64,000 nt of DNA from an uncultured Prevotellaceae bacterium. GTDB taxonomy: Bacteria; Bacteroidota; Bacteroidia; Bacteroidales; Bacteroidaceae. The notes below the pieces were generated by a model, which saw nothing but the letters and a program-made list of their open reading frames with translations, did not search any database and was not told the DNA's origin. The position numbers were made by a program, and so were the translations under genes. The stretch is taken from NCBI GenBank assembly GCA_947305005.1, contig CAMZCM010000016.1:913-64912 (forward strand). Reading direction: 5' to 3'. Shown here piece after piece: positions 40,492 through 48,685 of this stretch (its first letter is position 1; each line of letters starts with the position of its first letter).

Positions 40492-41715
40492 ATGATGAAA
40501 AAAGTTGTTCTTAGTCTATTATTCATGCTCTCTTTGCCGGCATTTTCGATCAATGTCATCACACAGGCGAAAGAGAACATTAAGAAGAAGCAGCAGTTGG
40601 AACAGACTGTGAAGAATCTTCTTGACGAGGCAAAGAAGCCCGAAATGCGTCATAAGAAGCAGATTGAGTGCTACATGCTAGCTGCTGAATGCTGTAAAAA
40701 GATCAACGAAGTAGAGAATGAAAAGCTGTATCTCAAACAGAAATATGACACAGCAAAGTTCTACTCTGCGATTCGCGATATGTTCCTATATATTGGAATG
40801 GCGGATAGTGTAGGGCGTATGCCAAACGACAAAGGTGTGATTGTTCGTGAAAATCCACGTAAATATCGCGATATCCTCAAACCTTATCGTGGCAATCTGT
40901 TAAAGGGTGGAATGTGGTATTACAGGAATAGTAAGATTGCGAATGCCTACGAATATTTTGACCTTTATCTGAATACAGCCAAGAGCGATATCTTCATGCA
41001 AGATAATCTCCTGGTGACAGATACGTTGTTACCCTCGACTGCCTATCTCGCTGTTTTTTCTGCCCAAAATCTGAAGAATTATGATGGTGTTATCAAACAT
41101 GCTAAATTAGCGAAGAGGGCAGGGCAGAAGCCACATCTTGTTCAGGAATATTATGCAAATGCATTTGAACAAAAAGCAGATACATCACACTGGGTGGCTG
41201 CTTTGGGCGATGGCTTACGTTACTATCCGAATCATCCTTATTTCTTCACACACCTGATAGATTACTATGCAGATAACAATCAGACGGAGAAAGGATTGTT
41301 ATTCTGTGATTCCCTCATTCAACAGAATGATACGGTGGCAATCTATTGGTATGCGAAAAGTCTGTTGTTACTTCGTTTGAATCGTGATAGTGAGGTTATC
41401 GAGGCTTGTGATCAGTGCATCAAATTAAAGCCCGATTACGTCAACGCTTATTACAATAAAGGAATAGCCTCGTTGAATATGGCTGTCACCTATGCCGAGA
41501 ATGCTTGCACAGATGTGACAGATCCTCGTAGCAAGACAGATCGTGAAGAGATTCGTAAATTGTATATGCTGGCGAAGGAGCCAATGGAGAAAGTACGCCA
41601 AATGTCACCAAAGGATGTTGACAGATGGGCTGCTCCGCTCTATCGCATTTACTTGAACCTGAATATGGGTGATGAGTTTGACGAGATGGATCGGATTTTA
41701 AATCAATCGAAATAG
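40492..41715 (+). CDS. secreted TPR-like protein (paralog 2)
   Basis: Signal peptide MMKKVVLSLLFMLSLPAFS and TPR-like helices (AYYNKGIASLN). The ORF-track GTG at 40444 lies inside the promoter and hairpin. Confidence 0.7.
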   Translation: MMKKVVLSLLFMLSLPAFSINVITQAKENIKKKQQLEQTVKNLLDEAKKPEMRHKKQIECYMLAAECCKKINEVENEKLYLKQKYDTAKFYSAIRDMFLYIGMADSVGRMPNDKGVIVRENPRKYRDILKPYRGNLLKGGMWYYRNSKIANAYEYFDLYLNTAKSDIFMQDNLLVTDTLLPSTAYLAVFSAQNLKNYDGVIKHAKLAKRAGQKPHLVQEYYANAFEQKADTSHWVAALGDGLRYYPNHPYFFTHLIDYYADNNQTEKGLLFCDSLIQQNDTVAIYWYAKSLLLLRLNRDSEVIEACDQCIKLKPDYVNAYYNKGIASLNMAVTYAENACTDVTDPRSKTDREEIRKLYMLAKEPMEKVRQMSPKDVDRWAAPLYRIYLNLNMGDEFDEMDRILNQSK

Positions 41716-41723
41716 CTGAACCA

Positions 41724-44700
41724 TTGAGAGTTCTTTGTAAAATCCTCGTTCCTTTCATCGCTTCCGTATGGATAGGATGTACCGGCTGCCATCAAAATCA
41801 TGGCAGTCGGTTGCTTGTGGATTCATTGAACAGACGAGCCTATGATTGGCATTATCGTGATATAGATTCTGTGCGGCAATGGGCAACAGCGGCATTGGAG
41901 GAGGCAATACGTATAGGCTATCATGAAGGAGAAGGCGAAGCACTGAATAACTTGGCTTTCGAACGGTTCCAGCAGATGGATTTTGACAGCGTTCAAATTA
42001 TTGCCAAACAGATACCAGAAGTCACTTCGTCGCCAGTGGAATTACTGGTGGCTGACGTGATGCTGATGAAAGTAGCGCAGCGAACGAGTGACAACCTCGC
42101 ATTTTTCTATCATCGCAATCATGCTTTGCATCGTATCAGCAAACTAACTCGTCGTGAGCACCGAATGGATGCCCATGAACATCGTCGTTATGCTTATGGT
42201 TGCAGCGAGACACATATTGTTGCTTCAACCTATTTCTACTATCTTGACCAGCAGGAACGGGCTATCGCTGAGATTCATGCTGCGGAGCCTTATTGTCAGA
42301 TACCTGAAGATACTGCTCAATGGCTCAACTATCATTATATGCGTGGCTCTGGAGGATTGAGCGAGCAGACAGATCCTAATGCTGTGACGCTGGAAGAGTT
42401 TGAGTTTCTGAACAAGTGTTTTTGGAGGGCGCGCTTTGAAGGTTATCGTTTCTTTGAGGCAAATGCTGAACAATCGTTGGCAATGTTCTTTTCAGATTCA
42501 GATCGTATGGAAGTCCTGAAAGAGCAGAAAATGGAACAGGTGCAGCTCCTGACAACGATTTTCGGTCAAGAGGGAACAGCTATGAATATGGCCAATACGG
42601 CCTATGATAACTTCATCAAATATGACGATCTCTATCAAGAGGCTTGTGTATTGCGTACCTTGGGAGAGTTGTCGTTTGAGGCTGGTGAATATGAAAATGC
42701 CATTCAGTATTATGCGAAAGCTCTTGATTGCGTGAACTTGCACCATTTGTGCTATTATGCGCCAGACGAAGTACTTGAATCAGAGAGCAATGATGATATT
42801 TTGCTATTATATGAGCCTGACCAAGGAACTGAATCAGTAGAACGCAAATGGATGGAGTCGCCCGATGTAAAGACGGTGCCTGAATGGATTGCAGGAATCC
42901 GTCAGCAACTGTCTGTGGCTTATAGCGCGTTGGACTTCAAACCAGGAAGCGACTACAACAGGAATATCTATCTGGATCTGCTGGATGTGACACGTGAGGA
43001 TGCGGAATTGGAGAGCCGTTTGGCAGAGTTGAAGGCAGAGAGCAATCGCCTCAGGTGGCTGATTGTCATCGTGATTGTTTTTGCCATATTCACTTGCATC
43101 TTCACTTGGCTGCTGCTGAGGACACATAGACGTAGGACAGAAAAACAGAAAAAACTGTTAGAGCAGAAATTCAAGGACGTAGAGGAGATGGCTTCTCAGA
43201 AGCAACAGGAGTTGGCGGAAGAGCAGGAACAGCTGCTCGAACAGAAAACAGCGACAGAACAACGCTTGTTGCGAGACAAACGCCTGAACATTGAAAAACG
43301 CACGAAACTCCAACTTGTCTATGGCATTGTTCCCTATCTGGATCGAATCATCAATGAGGTAGAAAGGATGAAACGGCGTGGTGAGCCTTCGGAGGCTTCC
43401 ATCTCTTATATCGGCGAACTTACAGATCGTATTATCGAATACAACGACCTGCTGACTGACTGGATTCAGATGGAACAGGGGCAGCTGAGCCTTCAGTTGT
43501 CATCTTTTTCTCTTGAACCTTTGTTCGAAAGTATTCGTAAGAACCATTATGCCTACGACCAAAAGGGTTTGGCATTCGAGGTGAGATCGACAGACCTCTC
43601 TGTAAAAGCAGATCGTGCGCTGACACTGTTCATGATTAACACCTTAGCAGATAATGCCCGAAAGTTCACTCCAACAGGTGGACGTGTGACTATCAGCGCT
43701 CAGGACGGTGAAAACGAAGATGGTCGTTTCGTGGAGATCTCTGTGCAAGATACTGGCATAGGGCTCTCTGCAGAGGATATAGAACTTATCCTGACTCATA
43801 AAGTTTATGATGCTGGACGAATAGGAATTCCCACACTGGGACCAAAACAATCCCACACTGGGACTAAAATATTCCCACACTGGGACCAAAACAATCCTAT
43901 TAATGAGACAAACGAACAGCCTTCTGTTCAGCCACAAGACAATAAAGGATTCGGTTTTGGATTGATGAACTGCAAGGGAATCATTGAGAAGTATCGCAAG
44001 ACCAATCCGCTCTTTCGTGTCTGCCAGTTTGGAATAGACAGCAGAGTAGGCGAGGGGAGCCGTTTCTGGTTCCGTCTCCCTCGTGTAATGACCTTGCTGG
44101 CGTTCTTTGCCTTCTTTGCGACATCAAAGATTCATGCAGAAGAAGAGACCTTACCCGCACAAGCTTATCAACTGGCTGATTCAGCCTATTTCAGCAATGT
44201 AGAAGGAAATTATGCAGATGCACTCCTTTATGCTCACAGGGCACTGTCTTTGATTGGCTATGGTCGAGACTCTCTTGATTATTCTTTAATCTTGGGACTT
44301 CGCAATGAATCAGCGATTGCAGCTTTGGCCTTGCATGATTGGTCCAGCTATCGTTATAACAACCAGATTTATACTCGCCTGTATAAGCGCATCAATCGTG
44401 ATACGACATTGGAGGTGTACTGCCTTCAAACCGAACGTTCGCAACAGACACAACGCTTTGCGCTGATGCTAATCGTAGTAATGATTCTCGTGGGATTGGC
44501 TGCTCTCTATTTCTTTTACATCCGTCCACGTATTCGTTTCCGTCAGGCTTATGCGCAGTTGAGTGCCCAACGTTTGCAGTTGTTGAAACAGACGAATGAG
44601 GCAGAACGTGAACGCCAACAGACAGATTATGAGTTAGCAGAGGATGAACACCGCAGACGATTGTATGAAGAAAGCCGATTGCATGTGCAGAACCAGATCA

Positions 44701-45368
44701 TAGACAATTGTCTGTCGGCCATCAAGCATGAGACGATGTATTATCCTGGGCGGATTCAACAATTATTAAAGCGTGGTGGCTCACTCTCTACACTCAGTGA
44801 GACCGTCTCCTATTATAAAGAGGTGTACATGTTGCTGAGTGCTCAAGCCAGCCAGCAGTCAGAAGCTGTGAACTTCCGGCGTCGTCGCTTGACGGCCACG
44901 AATCTGGAGAGCGCGTTGATACAAAGCGTAGAACGAATCGCCCGCCGTTTGGGCATTAAAGCGAAGTTGGAGCTTGATAATCAAATCGGTGAAACCACTT
45001 TCCAAGGAGATCAGGATCTATTGCTTATGCTCTTAGAATCGCTTTTTGAAGCAGAGCTGACATTGTCTGTTCAGGATGAAACTGTAAAAGATGATACGTT
45101 CGCTTTATCGCTGATCATCGTTATTGATGGTCACTTCGTGCGTTTCACGCTGAATAATCCCTATACAACCCTTTCCGAAGAACAGATTCGCGAGCTGTTC
45201 ACGCCCCATCAGAATGGCATCGCATTTCTCATCTGCAAACAAATCATCCGTGAACATGATACCTTCATGGGACACCCTGGATGCCGTATCAACGCAGAAT
45301 TAGTAGGAGAGGGGCATCAGGTGTGGTTCACGCTTCCTTTGGATAATCATCTATCACGTCAAAACTAA
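41724..45368 (+). CDS. atypical tandem sensor histidine kinase (TPR sensor + HATPase half, then H-box + degenerate ATPase half)
   Basis: TTG start with a lipoprotein-like VWIGC. First half has N box NTLADNARKF, G1 VQDTGIGL and G2 GFGFGL. Second half, after new hydrophobic segments, has H box LSAIKHETMYYP and a degenerate catalytic domain. Confidence 0.8.
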   Translation: MRVLCKILVPFIASVWIGCTGCHQNHGSRLLVDSLNRRAYDWHYRDIDSVRQWATAALEEAIRIGYHEGEGEALNNLAFERFQQMDFDSVQIIAKQIPEVTSSPVELLVADVMLMKVAQRTSDNLAFFYHRNHALHRISKLTRREHRMDAHEHRRYAYGCSETHIVASTYFYYLDQQERAIAEIHAAEPYCQIPEDTAQWLNYHYMRGSGGLSEQTDPNAVTLEEFEFLNKCFWRARFEGYRFFEANAEQSLAMFFSDSDRMEVLKEQKMEQVQLLTTIFGQEGTAMNMANTAYDNFIKYDDLYQEACVLRTLGELSFEAGEYENAIQYYAKALDCVNLHHLCYYAPDEVLESESNDDILLLYEPDQGTESVERKWMESPDVKTVPEWIAGIRQQLSVAYSALDFKPGSDYNRNIYLDLLDVTREDAELESRLAELKAESNRLRWLIVIVIVFAIFTCIFTWLLLRTHRRRTEKQKKLLEQKFKDVEEMASQKQQELAEEQEQLLEQKTATEQRLLRDKRLNIEKRTKLQLVYGIVPYLDRIINEVERMKRRGEPSEASISYIGELTDRIIEYNDLLTDWIQMEQGQLSLQLSSFSLEPLFESIRKNHYAYDQKGLAFEVRSTDLSVKADRALTLFMINTLADNARKFTPTGGRVTISAQDGENEDGRFVEISVQDTGIGLSAEDIELILTHKVYDAGRIGIPTLGPKQSHTGTKIFPHWDQNNPINETNEQPSVQPQDNKGFGFGLMNCKGIIEKYRKTNPLFRVCQFGIDSRVGEGSRFWFRLPRVMTLLAFFAFFATSKIHAEEETLPAQAYQLADSAYFSNVEGNYADALLYAHRALSLIGYGRDSLDYSLILGLRNESAIAALALHDWSSYRYNNQIYTRLYKRINRDTTLEVYCLQTERSQQTQRFALMLIVVMILVGLAALYFFYIRPRIRFRQAYAQLSAQRLQLLKQTNEAERERQQTDYELAEDEHRRRLYEESRLHVQNQIIDNCLSAIKHETMYYPGRIQQLLKRGGSLSTLSETVSYYKEVYMLLSAQASQQSEAVNFRRRRLTATNLESALIQSVERIARRLGIKAKLELDNQIGETTFQGDQDLLLMLLESLFEAELTLSVQDETVKDDTFALSLIIVIDGHFVRFTLNNPYTTLSEEQIRELFTPHQNGIAFLICKQIIREHDTFMGHPGCRINAELVGEGHQVWFTLPLDNHLSRQN
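43829..43897 (+). repeat. 22-bp tandem repeat x3 (plus 3-nt partial copy), each unit carrying the palindrome TCCCACACTGGGA, inside the kinase ATP-lid region
   Basis: Units at 43829-43850, 43851-43872 and 43873-43894. Units 1 and 3 are identical and unit 2 has 3 substitutions. Each unit is read in a different frame (PTLGPKQ / SHTGTKI / FPHWDQNN). Confidence 0.9.
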
Positions 45369-45380
45369 ATTATCATCAAT

Positions 45381-46103
45381 ATGAATCCGTTTAAAGTCAG
45401 TATTGTAGAGGATGTAAAGCTCGAGTTAAAAGGAACAGAGGAGATATTCCGTTCTGATATTCCTGAAGCAACAATTCTTGGCACAGCCATGAATGAAGGT
45501 GAACTGTGGTCGCTGATGCGTCAGGAACTTCCTGATTTATTGCTGCTCGACCTTGGTCTTGGCGGTTCCACCACAATCGGCGTAGATATCTGTCGCCAAG
45601 TACATACGAAATATCCGGATGTTAAAGTGCTCATTTTCACAGGGGAAATCCTCAATGAACGCCTTTGGGTGGATGTGCTTCAAGCTGGCGCAGACGGTAT
45701 TATCTTAAAGACGGGAGAGCTGTTGACTCGCAATGATGTCCGTTTGGTGATGGATGGCAGACGTCTCGTGTTTAACGAGCCAATTCTTGAAAAGATTGTA
45801 GCTCGTTTTAAGAAGAGTGTCATTAATGAGATTCGTCGTACTGATGCTGTCATTGATTATGATATTGATGAGTATGACGAGCGTTTCCTCCGCCACTTGG
45901 CTCTCGGATATACCAAGGAGATGATAGCTGCGCTCAGAGGAATGCCTTTTGGCGTCAAGAGTCTGGAGAAGCGTCAAACAGATCTCATCAACAGGTTGTT
46001 TAATGAGTCTGAACGGATTGGTGTCAATGCAACGCGCCTTGCTGTTCGCGCTTTACAGTTACATATCATCGACCTTGACCATCTGAAAGCAGACGATGAA
46101 TAA
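45381..46103 (+). CDS. response regulator, REC + LuxR-type HTH
   Basis: REC motifs (IVEDV, LLLLDLGL, IFTGE, ILKT). The C-terminal HTH is LuxR-like (FLRHLALGYTKEMIAALRGMPFGVKSLEKRQTDL). Confidence 0.82.
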   Translation: MNPFKVSIVEDVKLELKGTEEIFRSDIPEATILGTAMNEGELWSLMRQELPDLLLLDLGLGGSTTIGVDICRQVHTKYPDVKVLIFTGEILNERLWVDVLQAGADGIILKTGELLTRNDVRLVMDGRRLVFNEPILEKIVARFKKSVINEIRRTDAVIDYDIDEYDERFLRHLALGYTKEMIAALRGMPFGVKSLEKRQTDLINRLFNESERIGVNATRLAVRALQLHIIDLDHLKADDE

Positions 46104-48405
46104 TCTGAAACTCGATGATCTGAATCCTGTTCAACGTGAGGCCGTCCTTTATTGCGACGGGCCTTCACTTGTTATTGCTGGCGCCGGTTCCGGAAAGACC
46201 CGTGTGCTCACGTACAAGATTGCCTATCTTCTTAGTCAAGGGATGGAACCTTGGAGTATTTTGGCGTTAACGTTTACCAACAAGGCCGCAGAGGAGATGA
46301 AGGCGCGTATTGCGCAGCAAGTAGATCTGTTTCAGGCGCAACGTCTGTGGATGGGTACTTTCCATAGCATTTTTGCCAGAATCTTGCGGATGGAACATGA
46401 AGCAATCGGCTTCTCACAGGATTTCACCATTTACGATACAACGGATTCAAAAAGCCTTATTCGGAGTATTATCCGAGAGATGCAATTGGATGAAAAGACG
46501 TATAAGCCAGCAACGGTTCTTTCCCATATCTCAGCAGCTAAGAATCGACTGATTTTACCATCTCAATATCAATCCAATCCGCAGCTTTACAAAGCCGATC
46601 TGGCAAGCAAGATACCAGCAACAGGAGAGATATACAAGCGTTATTGGGCGCGCTGTCGGCAAGCTGATGCGATGGATTTCGATGATATCCTCGTTTATAC
46701 ATATCTGTTGTTTGCGCATAAGCCGGAGATATTGTCAAAATATGAGAATCGTTTTGATTTCGTCCTCGTTGACGAATACCAAGACACAAACTACGCACAA
46801 CACGCTATCGTTTGGCAATTGACCCAGCACAAGAAGAAAGTTTGCGTAGTTGGTGATGATGCACAATCTATTTATAGTTTTCGTGGAGCCAACATTGATA
46901 ATATATTAACATTCCAACAGTTATACAAAGATTCTAAGCTTTTCAAATTGGAGCGTAACTATCGCTCTACACAGAATATCGTAGAAGCTGCCAATAGTGT
47001 CATCAAGCACAATCGAGGACAAATCTATAAAGAGGTGTATTCTGAAAAGGTGAAAGGTGATCCGATTCACGTGTTCAACTATTATAGCGATTTGGAGGAA
47101 GCGGCTGGTGTAGCAAAGAAGATACTGAATATCAACCAGTACGATCATATCGGCTGGAATGAAATTGCAATTCTCTATCGTACGAATGCGCAAAGTCGAG
47201 CTTTTGAGGAAGCATTTCGCAAGCAGGATATTCCATATCGTATCTTTGGCGGCCTTTCATTTTATCAGCGCAAGGAAGTCAAGGACATGATTGCCTATTT
47301 CCGTTTGGCGGTTAACCCTAATGATGAAGAGGCTATCAAACGTGTCATCAATTATCCTGTTCGTGGGATAGGAGATACGACCTTGCAGAAGATTATGAAA
47401 GCGGCTTCTGAACAGAATGTCAGCCTTTGGAAAGTCCTCTCACATCTAAGTGATTACAGCGTAGGTATTAATCGTGGCACAGAAGCAAGAATCTGTAACT
47501 TTGTACAGCTGATTGAAGGTTTCCGTGCCTGTATCACCACGATGGATGCTGCCAAATTAGGTCGTAAAATTGCCCAAGAATCTGGTGTGATGCAGGACAT
47601 TTTCAAAGGAAGAGAGCCTGAAGATATCTCCAGACAAGAGAACCTACAGGAACTCTTGGATGGTATTAATCAGTTTGTTGACGAGAGGGTAGAGGAAGAG
47701 GGTAGCGAACGTATCCTAATGACGCATTATCTTCAAGAAATATCTCTGATTAGTGATCTTGATGAAAGCGATGATAATCAAACAGATAAAGTATCTTTAA
47801 TGACCATTCATTCTGCTAAGGGATTAGAGTTCAGCGCTGTATTTATTGTAGGTTTGGAAGAGAATCTGTTTCCGAATCAGATGGCGATGACATCTCCACG
47901 TGAAATGGAAGAAGAACGACGTTTGTTTTATGTCGCTTTGACTCGTGCTAAGGAACTGTGTTTTCTCACACATGCCAAGAACCGGTATCGATATGGAAAA
48001 AGTGAGTTTTGTTCGCCCAGTAGCTTTTTAGAGGAGATTGATCCACAGTTTATTAAGCGAGATCAGAACGAAACAAATACACCGATTCGTCCTCGTCGTT
48101 TTGAGCGCTATGGTCTCGAGGAGCATTTACCATTTAGGCGTCCAATTACAACACCGCAAGTTCAGCGTCCTTCACAAATGACATCAACGGGTGTTCGTGT
48201 AGCAACTCCAGAAGTCGCTGTGGAAAAGACAAACACAAATGCTGGAACTTTGACAATCGGTACTATGATTGAACATACACGTTTCGGACGAGGCGTTGTG
48301 AAAGCGCTCTCTGGAACTGGCATAGATGCTAAAGCGACCGTTGATTTTGAAAATGTTGGCGTGAAACAATTATTACTACGCTTTGCGAAGTTTACTATAT
48401 TATAA
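46096..48405 (+). CDS. UvrD/PcrA/Rep-family SF1 DNA helicase
   Basis: AGAGSGKT, DEYQDTN, GDDAQSIYSFRGA, MTIHSAKGLEF and YVALTRAK. The start overlaps the response-regulator stop by 8 nt. Confidence 0.92.
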   Translation: MNNLKLDDLNPVQREAVLYCDGPSLVIAGAGSGKTRVLTYKIAYLLSQGMEPWSILALTFTNKAAEEMKARIAQQVDLFQAQRLWMGTFHSIFARILRMEHEAIGFSQDFTIYDTTDSKSLIRSIIREMQLDEKTYKPATVLSHISAAKNRLILPSQYQSNPQLYKADLASKIPATGEIYKRYWARCRQADAMDFDDILVYTYLLFAHKPEILSKYENRFDFVLVDEYQDTNYAQHAIVWQLTQHKKKVCVVGDDAQSIYSFRGANIDNILTFQQLYKDSKLFKLERNYRSTQNIVEAANSVIKHNRGQIYKEVYSEKVKGDPIHVFNYYSDLEEAAGVAKKILNINQYDHIGWNEIAILYRTNAQSRAFEEAFRKQDIPYRIFGGLSFYQRKEVKDMIAYFRLAVNPNDEEAIKRVINYPVRGIGDTTLQKIMKAASEQNVSLWKVLSHLSDYSVGINRGTEARICNFVQLIEGFRACITTMDAAKLGRKIAQESGVMQDIFKGREPEDISRQENLQELLDGINQFVDERVEEEGSERILMTHYLQEISLISDLDESDDNQTDKVSLMTIHSAKGLEFSAVFIVGLEENLFPNQMAMTSPREMEEERRLFYVALTRAKELCFLTHAKNRYRYGKSEFCSPSSFLEEIDPQFIKRDQNETNTPIRPRRFERYGLEEHLPFRRPITTPQVQRPSQMTSTGVRVATPEVAVEKTNTNAGTLTIGTMIEHTRFGRGVVKALSGTGIDAKATVDFENVGVKQLLLRFAKFTIL

Positions 48406-48587
48406 TATCATCTTTATGCAATCATTCCATAGCCGGAAATAATGGTAAAAATAGGAAGTAATAGCTGTATATGTAAAAATTATTCTAACGGGCGTTATGT
48501 TTAATATAAAAGCGGTAGTATATAAAGGAAAAGATAATAAATGAGGAGAAAAAATAGAGAAAATGTTTAATAATCGCGAAAAAGCCC

Positions 48588-48595
48588 TATATTTG
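48588..48595 (+). promoter_or_regulatory. -7 box TATATTTG for the T9SS cargo gene
   Basis: TAnnTTTG match inside a 280-bp very AT-rich spacer, about 90 nt upstream of the ATG at 48686. Confidence 0.5.
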
Positions 48596-48685
48596 CAAAA
48601 TAAATAATAAAAGATGAAATCGTATAGCAATCATTATACTTATATAACACTAATAATAACTAATTGATAATTAAACTCCAATACA

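Noticed and set aside
48400-48630. 76-aa minus-strand ORF in the AT-rich spacer upstream of the T9SS cargo gene.
   Set aside because: It has an extremely AT-biased composition (rich in F, Y, I, L) with no start context or motif. It is most likely a chance ORF in promoter DNA.
48417-48635. Direct repeat gcaatcatt at 48419 and 48627 flanking most of the AT-rich spacer.
   Set aside because: It is only 9 bp in very AT-rich sequence, which is compatible with chance. There are no inverted repeats and no target-site-duplication context.
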